Below, in pieces: positions 25,857 through 40,090 of a stretch of DNA of 64,000 nucleotides (position 1 is its first letter; the number at the start of each line of letters is the position of its first letter). The position numbers and the translations under genes are program-made. Below the pieces are notes generated by a model. That model made no database searches. It was not told where the DNA came from and saw nothing but the letters and a program-made list of their open reading frames with translations. The DNA is from Octopus bimaculoides (Eukaryota): positions 45,281,431 to 45,345,430 of the forward strand of contig NC_068992.1 in the NCBI RefSeq assembly GCF_001194135.2, written 5' to 3'.

Positions 25857-27133
25857 GAGGGATCTTAAATGTTGGTTATCACCCTTGGTGTTTATGCCGT
25901 CGTGAGTTAAGTAATGAGGTTATTGCTCTCTAGGAGAAACCGGCTCACATCATGCAGGTAACATTTGCAAAGATTTTGTTCATACTTTCAACATTTAGCA
26001 TACGACATGAACTAGACTGAACCGAATCCGGTGAAGTTGTTCTGACCTCATAAACATAACGAAAAGTCTGCTGTAGGTTGCAATTGACGACAACTGAGGT
26101 GACAGTCCATTGCGTTATCCAGTAAACCACTTCTGCAAGTACACAATTAAGTGTCAAAATACTCCAGCAAAGTCAAGCAGAGTGGAAACAAGTTGGTTTG
26201 ATTTATAAAGGTTTGTGAATTAGACTTGAGAACCAAAAACTAACAGGAATCTATTGGTGTTGACCACATATAGAGCTGTTACAGCACACAAACCATAAAA
26301 TATTTAATATATACATCTTATTAAATTTGCGCCAATAACCAATAAAGTTTAGACAAGAAATATCTATGATACACGCACAGCACATCGGCACACATGGATG
26401 TGTTTGTGTGTATGAAATTGTATATGTGTGAGTGTAATGATATAAGCATGTATACACACACATTCACACAAGTATACGTATATATATCTATGCATACACA
26501 AAAAATGCATGTATATATGTATATATAAATATATATAAAACATATGTAAGCGTATATGTACTCATATGTATGCATGTATGTATGTGTCCATGCACGTACA
26601 TGTGTGCATATGTGTATATACATGTTTATTATATGAATAATGTGCCTACATATGTGTGTTTGTGTTTGTGTGTATGTGTATCCGTGTATGTCTGTGTGTA
26701 TACATATGTGTGTATGTGTGTGTGAGAGAGTGAGTGAGTGAGTGAGTGTGTGTGTGTGTGTGTGTGTGAGTGTGTGTGCTGTGTGTGTGTAAAGTGTATT
26801 AATCCATTCTGCTTTTATGTAGAGAATATCCCATAAAGAAATATTTCTATAGACTCTGCTCGAACATAAAGAAAAAAAAAACAGCCATTGAAAGGCATGG
26901 TTTAGCCTATGTCATGGAAATGGTCGTCTTTACACCGGCAAATCGATTTTCATCATATATACAACTACACCCTTCTCTCTCTCTCTCTCTCTCCCCCCTC
27001 TCTCTCTCTCTCTCTCTAACTCTCTCTCTCTCTCTCTCTAACTCTCTCTCTCTACTTCTCTCTCTGAGAATATGTAGAAATATACATGCATACTGCATAC
27101 ACACATACATATTTACATGTATCAATGTATGTG

Positions 27134-27190
<57 letters not shown>

Positions 27191-27210
27191 TCGTGTGTGT
27201 GAGTGTGCGT

Positions 27211-27247
<37 letters not shown>

Positions 27248-27908
27248 CAAGAGAGACCGTAAAGATACGTTTACTTACGCACACATATTCACACATACAC
27301 ACACACACACACGATATATTGTTAGTCAAGCAGAGTCTCTTATGCTCTAATAAAACATCTTGTGCAAAGAAACTGAGAAAAATCGTCTTTCGGTTTTGCA
27401 ATAACACCTAGAGATGTTTATCAGAAGTCTTATACACTTCAACACTTCTACAGTTCTCTGCTACATGTGTAAGAAGCTTATAAACTAATACAATCTTCTA
27501 CGAATTTCAGATACTCTCTATATAGGTGGAACAAAGAAAAAATAAAGCGATATATATTTTCCCCCTGCCGCCATGACACCAATTTGTATAAATAGAAATG
27601 AAATTTACAGGATTGTAAAAGAAATTCCAGTAAATTTTTCATTTTGTTACATGAACTGTACCTAAGTACACTAAATCTCTATTAATAATTATATTTTCAC
27701 CTTCTAGTAAATACTTCTATACCAACCGACCTTACCTTACTTTAAATGTAATTTAAAAACACTCTCATTTCGGCCATGTTGAATCTTGTTTGAAATGTCG
27801 CTCACGGCGTTTTCAAGATCACACATTTCCAATAGCATACAGGAATATGACACCACCCAGATTTGATAGAATTAATATAAAACAACATACATATGCAGAA
27901 GTCCAACA

Positions 27909-28100
27909 GCTCTTTTACTCTTTTACTCTTTTACTTGTTTCAGTCATTTGACTGCGGCCATGCTGGAGCACCGATTTTAGTCGAGCAAATCGACCCCAGG
28001 ACTTATTCTTTGGAAGCCTAGTACTTATTCTATCGATCACTTTTGCTGAACCACTAAGTTACGGGGACGTAAACAGACCACCATCCTTTGTCAAGCAACT
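27909..28100 (-). mobile_element. SINE family A, 3' module only
   Basis: ctcttttact x3, then tgtttcagtcatttgactgcggccatgctggagcacc...gaaccactaagttacggggacgtaaac. Homologous to 1490-1670. Confidence 0.85.
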
Positions 28101-28290
28101 ACAACAATAATAACATACCAGGTGTTGACTCGTTCAGTTAGAGATAAAGAAAAGAAATGCTATGCTGACTAATGAAATCATAGATATACTATGAAGGGAC
28201 ACTTATGACTTGAGTGCCTTTAATATAGACCTGCTCCTTCAGGACTAAATACCACCACCACCGCCACCACCGCCGGCGCCGCCACCGCTG

Positions 28291-28561
28291 GACGAAATGT
28301 TTAGTGGTATTTCGCCCGTCGCTGCGTTCTGGGTCTAAATTCCGCCGAGGTCGACTTTACTTTCCATCCTTTCCGGGTCGATAAAGAAGGTACCGGTTGA
28401 GTACTGGGCTAGATGTAAACGACTATCCTCTCCCCCAAATTTCAGGCCTTTTGCCTATAATAGTAAGGATTCTTCTTCTTCTTCTTCTTCTTCTTCTTCT
28501 TCTTCTTCTTCTTCTTCTTCTTCTTCTTCTTCTTCTTCTTCTTCTTCTTCTTCTTCTTCTC
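28291..28561 (+). mobile_element. SINE family B (Meta-like central domain) with (TCT)n tail
   Basis: aattccgccgaggtcgactttactttccatcctttccgggtcgataaa...gtacc resembles the Meta-SINE central domain. Homologous copies lie at 51726 and 61021. Confidence 0.75.
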
Positions 28562-28834
28562 ATTATTATTTCTTTTGAGTTCAAATCCCTCCAGTGTCAG
28601 CTTTGCTTTTGTCTTTGCATGATCGACAGAATAACGCTCACCCTCCNNNNNNNNNNNNNNNNNNNNNNNNNNNNNNNNNNNNNNNNNNNNNNNNNNNNNN
28701 NNNNNNNNNNNNNNNNNNNNNNNNNNNNNNNNNNNNNNNNNNNNNNNNNNNNNNNNNNNNNNNNNNNNNNNNNNNNNNNNNNNNNGTGCGCGCGCGCGAG
28801 TAAGAGTGTGCGTCTGTGTATGCATTTGTGTAAG

Positions 28835-28892
<58 letters not shown>

Positions 28893-29789
28893 TATTGTCG
28901 CTATATCCATACTCCATACATACATATATACATACAAACATACATACATGCATACATATATAAGTACATACGCAAATACACACAAATATATATTTACTTT
29001 CAGGCTACGATATCTTTCTGGTTTAATTTATAAGTTTGAATTGAACAGATATGCCCCAGCGTAACGCAACCCAGTCATTGTAATATCTCAGGTTTGGTAC
29101 GTGCTTACGCCACTTATTTTTTGTCTCGACTATTGTTCAATGGATATAGCTACCAAATCGCTCATTTCTCCAGATAGATCGTGTCTTTATAAAGAATAGC
29201 CATCTTCTAATGATGCGGCTGATTCTTTCTTTGTGCTGATTGCATCGTCTGTTGTTGACTTCTTTTATTAACTTTCGCTTGCATGGTTATGTTTTATGCA
29301 GCTAAAATCACTTCAACGTTTTTTCTTTTGCTCTTAGTTCAGAGCTTTTGTATCATGGTTAGCTTTTATATTAACTCACTTCGCCTCTGTCCAGTCTTGC
29401 AGGTTTTTCTCTCTATTTCTTTTTGCTTTGATAATATTTTGGATATCTACTTTGATTTTATCTTTTGTATGTTTTCGAACAATTTCTCTTGTTTCCTAAT
29501 CTTTTACCGTCAGTGTAATTAGTTTCTAGTTTGTATTGTATCATTTCCTAACATAAACATAACATTTTCTGCTTTTTTTATTCCCAGAGTCTTATTGTTA
29601 TCAGTCAACATTTCCTTGCTTCTAAATATTTTTCTAGATCCACTTTACAGACAGTATATTAGTTCTATATTTGTTTCAAAACTATTCAATACCGGCACGT
29701 AGTCGGTATATCGTATCGATATCAAATTTAGTATCGAAGATTCGAAATACAGTTAAGTAACTTTGTGTCTCTGCCTTCTTCTCATTAAT

Positions 29790-31070
29790 AAGATCTAATT
29801 AGTGTCGTCATCTATGCATCATTCTTAATGTATATACACTGATGATTGGTCAGTTACTTACATGACATCTTTTATAGACGTACTGTGTTAAAACAATAAA
29901 TATAGTAGTGAGATGAAAATTCGTCCCAACAGTGGCCAAAATAATCTCCATATGACTTTAAGAGTATTTAGATCTTTTCAATGGCGCGTAGTCGCAGCTA
30001 ACCTTATGCTAGGACGAAAATTCGTCGCTTCTGATACAGAAGTCAATGAATAAAACATTTACTGATGTTGCGAAAAGTCGTCAGATTGAATAAGACCTGG
30101 TAAATGCGATTGAGGCAGTAGAGAATCTATATAATAGCCTTGTATGTATAATAGTTAATGCATATGCATTGTTGATAGACCAGTTATAGCGCTATTTCTC
30201 TTGAGATAACATCTCTTAGGAACGTACTATGTTAAAACTCAATAAATATGGGAGGGAGATAGAACGTTGTGCTGCAGCAGCGGCAAACATGTATGCTAGA
30301 TGCATTTCGGTCTTTTTGGTCTTTTCAATGGCGAGTATTTACCGGCTGCTACATCTTCGGACAAAAATTCATTGCCTCAGATTTAAGAAACTGCATAAAA
30401 TATCCGCTTATTATGCAAGAATCCACTTAACTGAAAAAAACCCCAGTACATGCAATTTCAGTAGTATTTAGTTAAAAAAATAAACGACGTTTCTATGTAC
30501 CGTAGTTAATGTATACTGCGGGTTACTGCGGTATTTTTACTGAGATAATAACTGCGCTGGATTTGCTGTGCTAAAAACACAGCATATATGGCAAGGAGAC
30601 GATAGTTAATCCCAGCAGTGTCCAGGGAGAATACTAGATGTATTTCAGCCTCTTTCGATGGCGAGTATTCGCAGGCAGCCGCATGTTTGGAATAGAATCC
30701 GTCAGCCGATACAGGAAGCAATAAACGAAACATTTATTGATTTTGCGATTAGTCACTCAGAAAGAAAAAAAAGTGGAATATACAACAGGGGGAATAAAGA
30801 AATTTAGATATCTATGTATCATACTAAATATATATTCACTGGTGATATACCAGTTACTCTGGTATCTATCCTTAATAATGACTCTGATTGACAATGAATA
30901 TGGGTGGGAGACTAAAATTGCTCTCAGTAGCAGCAGCAGCACCGTAACATCAGCAGCAGCAGCAGCAGCACCAGCTGCCAAGAACGTCAGGTGCATTTCG
31001 GGATTTTTGGTGCTTTTTGATGGTATGTGCTTGCTTGCCGGCAGTTACATCCTTGGGCTGATATTCCCCA
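29790..31070. repeat. Decayed tandem array, ~340-bp unit, about 4 copies
   Basis: The anchor tt(c/g)(a/g)atgg(c/t) recurs at 29981, 30328, 30658 and 31020. acgtact(g/a)tgttaaaac occurs at 29878 and 30222. aaacattta(c/t)tgat(g/t)ttgcga occurs at ~30053 and ~30729. Confidence 0.7.
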
Positions 31071-31561
31071 GGATAGCCAGAGGGGAAGTGGGGTAACACA
31101 GAATCATCTCATTTTCAATGTCACTAGCTTTCCGTGTCGAAGAAGTAAGGTGCATAGAAACTGCGCGTATGATTTGATCAATGTGTGTATAAGTGTGTGA
31201 TAAAGATATGATATAATATATATATATATATTATATATCCTTGTCACACACTTATACATACAGACACACATGTGAATACATATATGTATTATACATATGC
31301 ATATCTATCTATGTGCATGTATTACATATCAGTTTGATTGTGAGCGCTACTGGTAGCGTCTTATCTAGTACAATCTGTATAATAGTCATTGATTGCAAGA
31401 AAATCAGCGCACGTAACAGACTTGCAGCGAGAGAAGGATTGGAAGAACCCTAACAGAAAAATGTTTGGTGTCAAAAGGTTATTTGCATTTTGCATTGAGG
31501 CAACAATAATCTAACGATAGTTCAAGTAATTTGGAATTCCGTACATATGCAAAAATGATTA

Positions 31562-31682
31562 GGCTTTGGTCAACCCGTGGTTATAGTAGAAGGCACTTGC
31601 CCAAGGTACCACGCAGTAGGACTGAAACCGAAACCATGTGGTTAGGAAGCAAGCCTCCTACCACACAGCCACAACTGCGCCT
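31562..31682 (-). mobile_element. SINE family A, tRNA head plus CORE-like segment
   Basis: ttatagtagaaggcacttgcccaaggtaccacgcagtaggactgaaaccgaaaccatgtggttaggaagcaagcctcctaccacacagccac. Homologous to 1840-1960. Confidence 0.85.
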
Positions 31683-33246
31683 ATATATAAACTACAGATA
31701 AATACACACACACACTCTCAAATTACAGATAAACGCATATATANNNNNNNNNNNNNNNNNNNNNNNNNNNNNNNNNNNNNNNNNNNNNNNNNNNNNNNNN
31801 NNNNNNNNNNNNNNNNNNNNNNNNNNNNNNNNNNNNNNNNNNNNNNNNNNNNNNNNNNNNNNNNNNNNNNNNNNNNNNNNNNNNNNNNNNNNNNNNNNNN
31901 NNNNNNNNNNNNNNNNNNNNNNNNNNNNNNNNNNNNNNNNNNNNNNNNNNNNNNNNNNNNNNNNNNNNNNNNNNNNNNNNNNNNNNNNNNNNNNNNNNNN
32001 NNNNNNNNNNNNNNNNNNNNNNNNNNNNNNNNNNNNNNNNNNNNNNNNNNATATAATTTTATGTATGATTGTAAGAAATATACATATACATATACATACA
32101 CATATAAACTCATACAAAAATGATATTATGGAAGCCAATGGTATTTGAATCGTCCTGACACGACGTAGTTTACTTCTCGTGCGATTAATATACCTTCAAT
32201 TTTAAGAAAAATTGTACATCATAAGGTATTATGCATTCATATATGCACACATGTACACCCATATGAACACAATTGTTCTCAAAAGTCAAAGCTATACGCA
32301 TATCCACAATCATCCATATGAATTTGCGCGCCCGTGTATCTATATATACATACATACATACACGCATACGTACACACATATACAGACATATAATATAAAT
32401 TTTATCATATATAGTATGCAATCATATATATATATATATGTGTGTGTTTGTGTGCATGACCATGCCACCCACTCTCACATGAATAGAGGCACATGTGTAC
32501 ACCACCATAGAGAAACACAAATGCATAAATGCATAAGCATACGCCTCTTTATGCTCACACATACACAACTCTCTGTAAGAACACAAGAAGCCAAACGCAC
32601 ATACAGAAACAAACACACACAGACATGCGCGTACACAAGCACCCACCCCCAAACCACGGCTTCCATACATATATTGTGTGTCAGTAGGATAGTACGTGTG
32701 TGTTCTAGTCACTCGGTACTGCCTCAGAGACAGGAATCCACCAATATTCTAAAGATTTGCAAGAACAATAACAAAACCAGCGAAACACTACAAGACAACA
32801 ACTAGAACAACAGTAATAACAAGAGGAATATAAAACCCTATTAAAAGAAACAATAGTTTACTATATAGAGCTCACTCCAACGCAAATTTATTCAATGTAT
32901 TATTTGTGTGTGTGTGTATAAACTTACGTACGTACATATATTTTTTCTTATAGTTATCTTTATTTAGATTGAGGTAAAAAAAAAAATGGCGTTTTCATAT
33001 TTATCCTTTACTAAACTTTTTCCGTCCTCTCTCACGCGACACGTATGTATGACAAAAATACCGAACAATACCCTGAAAATCTCTGTGTGCGTGTGTATGT
33101 GTGTATATGTGAGTGTGCGTATGTGATGTGAGTATGGATGTATGTTCGTATGTATGTATGTATGTTTGTATGAGTGCAAAATTAAGTGTAAATACATATA
33201 CACACACGCATATATATATATATGTGTGTGTGTGACTGAGGAAAAG

Positions 33247-33296
<50 letters not shown>

Positions 33297-33479
33297 AGAG
33301 AAAGTAAGTGAGGGTAAGACAGAGTATGTGTGCGTAAGCATATATATATATATATGTTTATCATAATTTATGAATGAATGGCCTTAATTGTTTTCCCTTC
33401 TCTCTCATCCTTTCCGTCTTCCTAGGTATACATATATGCATCTATATACATATATATATATGTATATATATATATACAC

Positions 33480-33552
<73 letters not shown>

Positions 33553-34409
33553 TTATGAGTGTATGTGTATATACGTGTATAGATGCGAGTACGAAACGAC
33601 AGATGTACGAGGCACAATGAATGATAGCAATCGCATAAAATTACCGACGAAAAATGTAAGTATAAATATATATGTGGATATATACACATGCATTCATATA
33701 TTTATGCATATGTATGCGTACGATGGTATACTCTCATACATGTATGTATATATTTGTGCATGTGTGCGTATAGATATATGTATATATANNNNNNNNNNNN
33801 NNNNNNNNNNNNNNNNNNNNNNNNNNNNNNNNNNNNNNNNNNNNNNNNNNNNNNNNNNNNNNNNNNNNNNNNNNNNNNNNNNNNNNNNNNNNNNNNNNNN
33901 NNNNNNNNNNNNNNNNNNNNNNNNNNNNNNNNNNNNNNNNNNNNNNNNNNNNNNNNNNNNNNNNNNNNNNNNNNNNNNNNNNNNNNNNNNNNNNNNNNNN
34001 NNNNNNNNNNNNNNNNNNNNNNNNNNNNNNNNNNNNNNNNNNNNNNNNNNNNNNNNNNNNNNNNNNNNNNNNNNNNNNNNNNNNNNNNNNNNNNNNNNNN
34101 NNNNNNNNNNNNNNNNNNNNNNNNNNNNNNNNNNNNNNNNNNNNNNNNNNNNNNNNNNNNNNNNNNNNNNNNNNNNNNNNNNNNNNNNNNNNNNNNNNNN
34201 NNNNNNNNNNNNNNNNNNNNNNNNNNNNNNNNNNNNNNNNNNNNNNNNNNNNNNNNNNNNNNNNNNNNNNNNNNNNNNNNNNNNNNNNNNNNNNNNNNNN
34301 NNNNNNNNNNNNNNNNNNNNNNNNNNNNNNNNNNNNNNNNNNNNNNNNNNNNNNNNNNNNNNNNNNNNNNNNNNNNNNNNNNNNNNNNNNNNNNNNNNNN
34401 NNNNNNNNN

Positions 34410-34440
<31 letters not shown>

Positions 34441-35054
34441 CTTCTATGCATGCAAACATGCAAATATAAACGCCCGTACACATATTCGTGTGTATGTTCA
34501 TACATTTACACATGCATATATACGCAATCACGTGATCATACATTGACACACACACAATTATACATACATACGCATTTCCAACAGAAATTAATCGTATTCC
34601 ACCCGATGACGCGTCCTCACACTACTGCTGCTGGAAAATATTCAACTATGAAATAATTTTGAAGAATGATCTTGTATAATAGCATATGAGTATAATGTCA
34701 GTAACTTAAAGCTGGTCAGTGATGCAGAAACAAATGCTGTCATGTACTATTAAAAGCCTGATATCGAGCATCCTCGTGTTATATTATTATGCAAACCTTG
34801 GAATGTAGTAGCCAAATAGCACCATAAGCGCACTTAAATCCATGTTACAAGGTTCTTATCAAAATTGCACTAAATATATGTATGTTTATAAACGGCGATA
34901 CTGCCATTTAACTCTAGGAACATATCTACTCCAGTTGGGTTATACAGTGCACCTCTCAAACTCGATATTTATTGCAAAGCGAAGATAACGCCTGCCACCC
35001 TAGCTCTGAGACGACCAGACCACGTGGTTTCGATCTGTATTGGATCTCTTCGGT

Positions 35055-35185
35055 CGTGGGCACTCGTAACTTAACAGTTTGGCAAAAGACACCGATAGAA
35101 TAAGTACTACTCGTACAAAGAATGTTGTTGATTTGATCGACTAAAGGCAGTGCTCCAGCATGGCCGCAGTCAAATGACTGAAACA
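35055..35185 (+). mobile_element. SINE family A, 3' module
   Basis: cgtaacttaacagtttggcaaaagacaccgatagaataagtac...cgactaaaggcagtgctccagcatggccgcagtcaaatgactgaaac; reverse complement of the 27909 copy. Confidence 0.85.
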
Positions 35186-37325
35186 TATATTTATGAATAT
35201 ACTGTACATTTTGAAGTGCAAGTAAGATTTAGACCTTGCATAGTTTCTACACACACCTTTGCACACACGGCTATAAATATACGTAAGCATAATTGCTTGT
35301 GTATATGTAATGATGGTCTACCTATTATAATTTTTTAGATATACTCTCAAATGCTTGTTTATATTCACTCGAGAATTTAATTATAATTTATGACCACGTG
35401 CACACTTTCAGATAAATTAGTTAAGCATACACAGTTCTAATACACAATTGTAAACATACACACATAAACTCGTACTCGTACTCATATGTATGTATACGAA
35501 ACTAATATATATAATTATCTATACGTCTATCAATCTATATCTGTCTATATATCTCTATGTTTGTGTATGTATGTATATATGTATGTGTGTGAATATATTT
35601 TTGCATATGTGCGTTTGTTTGCATGTGAGAGCTGTTTTGTATTTAAATGCGTGAACCAAAGTCAACACATTACGCCTGGAAAAATATTCAATAAACTCTG
35701 CAACTAATTCCTTAAAATTCCACTGATATTCTAGACACAAACATACACACACACGCACAGTCTCAAACACACACTCTCACATATACCCACGCACTGACAC
35801 ACATACACTCACACAATGACATAGTTGCTTATAAGTATCCGTATACATACACCCATATATATATATGTGTGTTAGGGTATATATATTTATGTATATACTT
35901 ATGTTTATAAGAACACAAATATATGCATATATATGTAGTAGACACCAAGATATATGGCTGTTTGTATTTACATACATATATACATACTCACACACACACT
36001 TATATGTCGATATGTTTATTTATATGTATGTACATGTATATATACGTATATTCAGAGTCATGAAGAGCATTGCAAGCTATTCACTGAAAGCAATAAATGT
36101 AATGTACAGAGAAGAATGAAAAGTAGCGAAATCTGTGAAGGAAATCCTGTTTTCTTTGATAGCTTACATCTCTAAACATCTTTTATAAGACATCGATTAA
36201 CTTGTCCGTGATCGGAAGCTGACTATCCGGATACAAGCTATTGGTAACTTCTTGTACAGGATCACAGTGAAGATGAAAAGGGCTTAATTTTACCGACATA
36301 CTCAATAAGTAAAAGAAATAAAAAAATCTAGTAAATAAAAAAGAAAATGAAAAACAATATAAGGGAAACTATAATGAAAATAAAATGAAATGCAAAAACA
36401 CTCAACAAGAAAAACTTAAACAACCACATACTCAACGACGACAACAACATAGCCTCCGGTTAAATATGATAGAAGACGGTTAGCATGTGTAACAGTTGAA
36501 TAGGTCACCTTTGAAAAGCTGCATTTTTTTCGAAATTTGATAAGCTTTTAATGTTACGTTGAGTTCCAATGCTGTAGGTTTTAAAGAAAATCGTTACAAA
36601 TTGCTGACAAGTCACCGAAAAAGAGTTTGAAGTTTGTAGAGGTTTTACAGAGTGTGCAGTAACTAACCTTCCGGTAAAAAGCCTCGTCTTTCCTGCCTAT
36701 TATATTCTAACTAGATGTTGTGCGACACGTAGCTCGTAGCGTTGTTACAACACCAAGGAAGTCGTCATCACTATATATTACTTACAGATGTTGTAGTAAC
36801 TCATCTGCATAGACACCATTTCCTTCCAAAACTGTATGCGTATTGGAGGATATGAAAACAGTATTTTCTGTAAAGGAAATATAAATCAATGACAGAGTTC
36901 TGCTACTGCTTTTATCGATGTTTATTGGGGTGTTTAGATTACGTCTGTGGGCTATGACATCATTCTATACCTCACTAAGGAAGCCAGCTGACTTACTCCA
37001 TTATAAAACAGAGGAAATACGAAGTAGATAAAGCCACTTTTCGAGGACAAATATATGAAGCTGAGGTGTGTAACCAACTGTCTGTACATAGTGTATTACT
37101 GGTACGATTATATCGGCTCCAATTTGAATTCATAAACTAGGCAGAAGAATTTACATTAATAATAAACTTACTTTGGCCTTTCTAACTAATTTAATATGAT
37201 TTCAGCAACCACGGATTCCAAATGGGGGACATTGGCATCATGACAGACTGTACACAGGTAGTAAAAGTATAGATATATGCATATATGCATGTATGCATAT
37301 ATATATATATGTGTGTGTGTGAGTG

Positions 37326-37356
<31 letters not shown>

Positions 37357-38282
37357 ATNNNNNNNNNNNNNNNNNNNNNNNNNNNNNNNNNNNNNNNNNN
37401 NNNNNNNNNNNNNNNNNNNNNNNNNNNNNNNNNNNNNNNNNNNNNNNNNNNNNNNNNNNNNNNNNNNNNNNNNNNNNNNNNNNNNNNNNNNNNNNNNNNN
37501 NNNNNNNNNNNNNNNNNNNNNNNNNNNNNNNNNNNNNNNNNNNNNNNNNNNNNNNNNNNNNNNNNNNNNNNNNNNNNNNNNNNNNNNNNNNNNNNNNNNN
37601 NNNNNNNNNNNNNNNNNNNNNNNNNNNNNNNNNNNNNNNNNNNNNNNNNNNNNNNNNNNNNNNNNNNNNNNNNNNNNNNNNNNNNNNNNNNNNNNNNNNN
37701 NNNNNNNNNNNNNNNNNNNNNNNNNNNNNNNNNNNNNNNNNNNNNNNNNNNNNNNNNNNNNNNNNNNNNNNNNNNNNNNNNNNNNNNNNNNNNNNNNNNN
37801 NNNNNNNNNNNNNNNNNNNNNNNNNNNNNNNNNNNNNNNNNNNNNNNNNNNNNNNNNNNNNNNNNNNNNNNNNNNNNNNNNNNNNNNNNNNNNNNNNNNN
37901 NNNNNNNNNNNNNNNNNNNNNNNNNNNNNNNNNNNNNNNNNNNNNNNNNNNNNNNNNNNNNNNNNNNNNNNNNNNNNNNNNNNNNNNNNNNNNNNNNNNN
38001 NNNNNNNNNNNNNNNNNNNNNNNNNNNNNNNNNNNNNNNNNNNNNNNNNNNNNNNNNNNNNNNNNNNNNNNNNNNNNNNNNNNNNNNNNNNNNNNNNNNN
38101 NNNNNNNNNNNNNNNNNNNNNNNNNNNNNNNNNNNNNNNNNNNNNNNNNNNNNNNNNNNNNNNNNNNNNNNNNNNNNNNNNNNNNNNNNNNNNNNNNNNN
38201 NNNNNNNNNNNNNNNNNNNNNNNNNNNNNNNNNNNNNNNNNNNNNNNNNNNNNNNNNNNNNNNNNNNNNNNNNNNNNNNNNN

Positions 38283-38357
<75 letters not shown>

Positions 38358-38510
38358 AAATAATATGACAGGGTACATGATTTGCATAATCGACTTCGCA
38401 AGGCAGCTGTTTCTGCTAAGAAGCAGTGTACCAACAGTTTAGTGTTTTTGCATTCCAATATAGCAGTATAGCTTCATCGTAACTTCTATACGCGTATGTA
38501 TGTATGTATG

Positions 38511-38541
<31 letters not shown>

Positions 38542-38561
38542 GCATGTTTGTATGTATGTAT

Positions 38562-38686
38562 GGCGTGGCTTGCTTCCTAAGCACATGGTTCGTGGTTCAT
38601 CTTGGGCAAGTATCTGCTACTATAGCCACGGGCCGACCGAAACTATGTGAGTGGATTTGGTAGACAGAAACTGAAAGAAGCTCGTC
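38562..38686 (+). mobile_element. SINE family A head (internally deleted), followed by (TA)n(TG)n
   Basis: ggcgtggcttgcttcctaagcacatggttc...ttgggcaagtatctgctactatagcc...gtgagtggatttggtagacagaaactgaaagaagctcgtcg. Confidence 0.8.
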
Positions 38687-38761
<75 letters not shown>

Positions 38762-38999
38762 AATACGGATAGAAAATAATAACAATAACAAATACAATAT
38801 ACGGCAAAATAGTAAAAATTACATTAAACAATGTACATAACAACGACAACGAATGTATGCACACATATACATACAGACATACATTTATTTCTCTATCTCT
38901 CTATCTGCCCCTTCCCCCACATATATATATGATACATACATACATAAATGTATACACGCATACTTATATCTGGCAAGAAATATATACCACTACAAAATT

Positions 39000-39430
39000 G
39001 GCAGACAATACTCATGGCTCCCCGTGAATGACGTGAGAAGACTGTTCTTGTTGACTGAATTAAACTTTTGAATTCATTTTCTTTTGAATAATATTTATAT
39101 TTCTTGTCAGATGTTGAAATTATTTTCTTCTCTTTGTTTTTGATCTGTTTCGAACCGTTATATTTCCTTGTAATTCCTTGGTATTTTAAATTTGCAATGC
39201 CTGATGTTTCCATATTGTTTTACCATCCTTGTCTTTGTTCTTCCCATGTTGCAATTTATTTATATTTGAATTATTTCCCTTCTTCCTAACGTTAGCCTTT
39301 CTTGCAGTTGTTTTATGACACCTCTTCTCCAAATCATATCCACTGCTGACTTTTATTAATAATCTTTGTTGTCTTTCTGCAGTTCGAACTATAGCCTTTT
39401 ACTTAGAACATGTCATGTTCTCTAGCAATT
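39000..39430 (-). mobile_element. Possible decayed RTE LINE endonuclease-to-RT linker
   Basis: The Lys/Glu-rich minus strand includes KDKDGKTIWKHQ (cf. IKDKDG..L.E). Weak. Confidence 0.3.
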
Positions 39431-39972
39431 GTGTGTTGATTTGAAAAGTNNNNNNNNNNNNNNNNNNNNNNNNNNNNNNNNNNNNNNNNNNNNNNNNNNN
39501 NNNNNNNNNNNNNNNNNNNNNNNNNNNNNNNNNNNNNNNNNNNNNNNNNNNNNNNNNNNNNNNNNNNNNNNNNNNNNNNNNNNNNNNNNNNNNNNNNNNN
39601 NNNNNNNNNNNNNNNNNNNNNNNNNNNNNNNNNNNNNNNNNNNNNNNNNNNNNNNNNNNNNNNNNNNNNNNNNNNNNNNNNNNNNNNNNNNNNNNNNNNN
39701 NNNNNNNNNNNNNNNNNNNNNNNNNNNNNNNNNNNNNNNNNNNNNNNNNNNNNNNNNNNNNNNNNNNNNNNNNNNNNNNNNNNNNNNNNNNNNNNNNNNN
39801 NNNNNNNNNNNNNNNNNNNNNNNNNNNNNNNNNNNNNNNNNNNNNNNNNNNNNNNNNNNNNNNNNNNNNNNNNNNNNNNNNNNNNNNNNNNNNNNNNNNN
39901 NNNNNNNNNNNNNNNNNNNNNNNNNNNNNNNNNNNNNNNNNNNNNNNNNNNNNNNNNNNNNNNNNNNNNNNN

Positions 39973-40008
<36 letters not shown>

Positions 40009-40039
40009 ATACGCACACACACACACATACATAATATAC

Positions 40040-40090
<51 letters not shown>

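Noticed and set aside
29100-29680. Possible RTE 3' end on the minus strand (SRDKNKWRK-like)
   Set aside because: Too decayed; I could not order enough motifs.
27909-38686. Near-regular ~3.5-kb spacing of SINE A fragments (27909, 31562, 35055, 38562)
   Set aside because: The intervals include N gaps of estimated size, mix heads and tails, and have no homologous flanks; probably coincidence.
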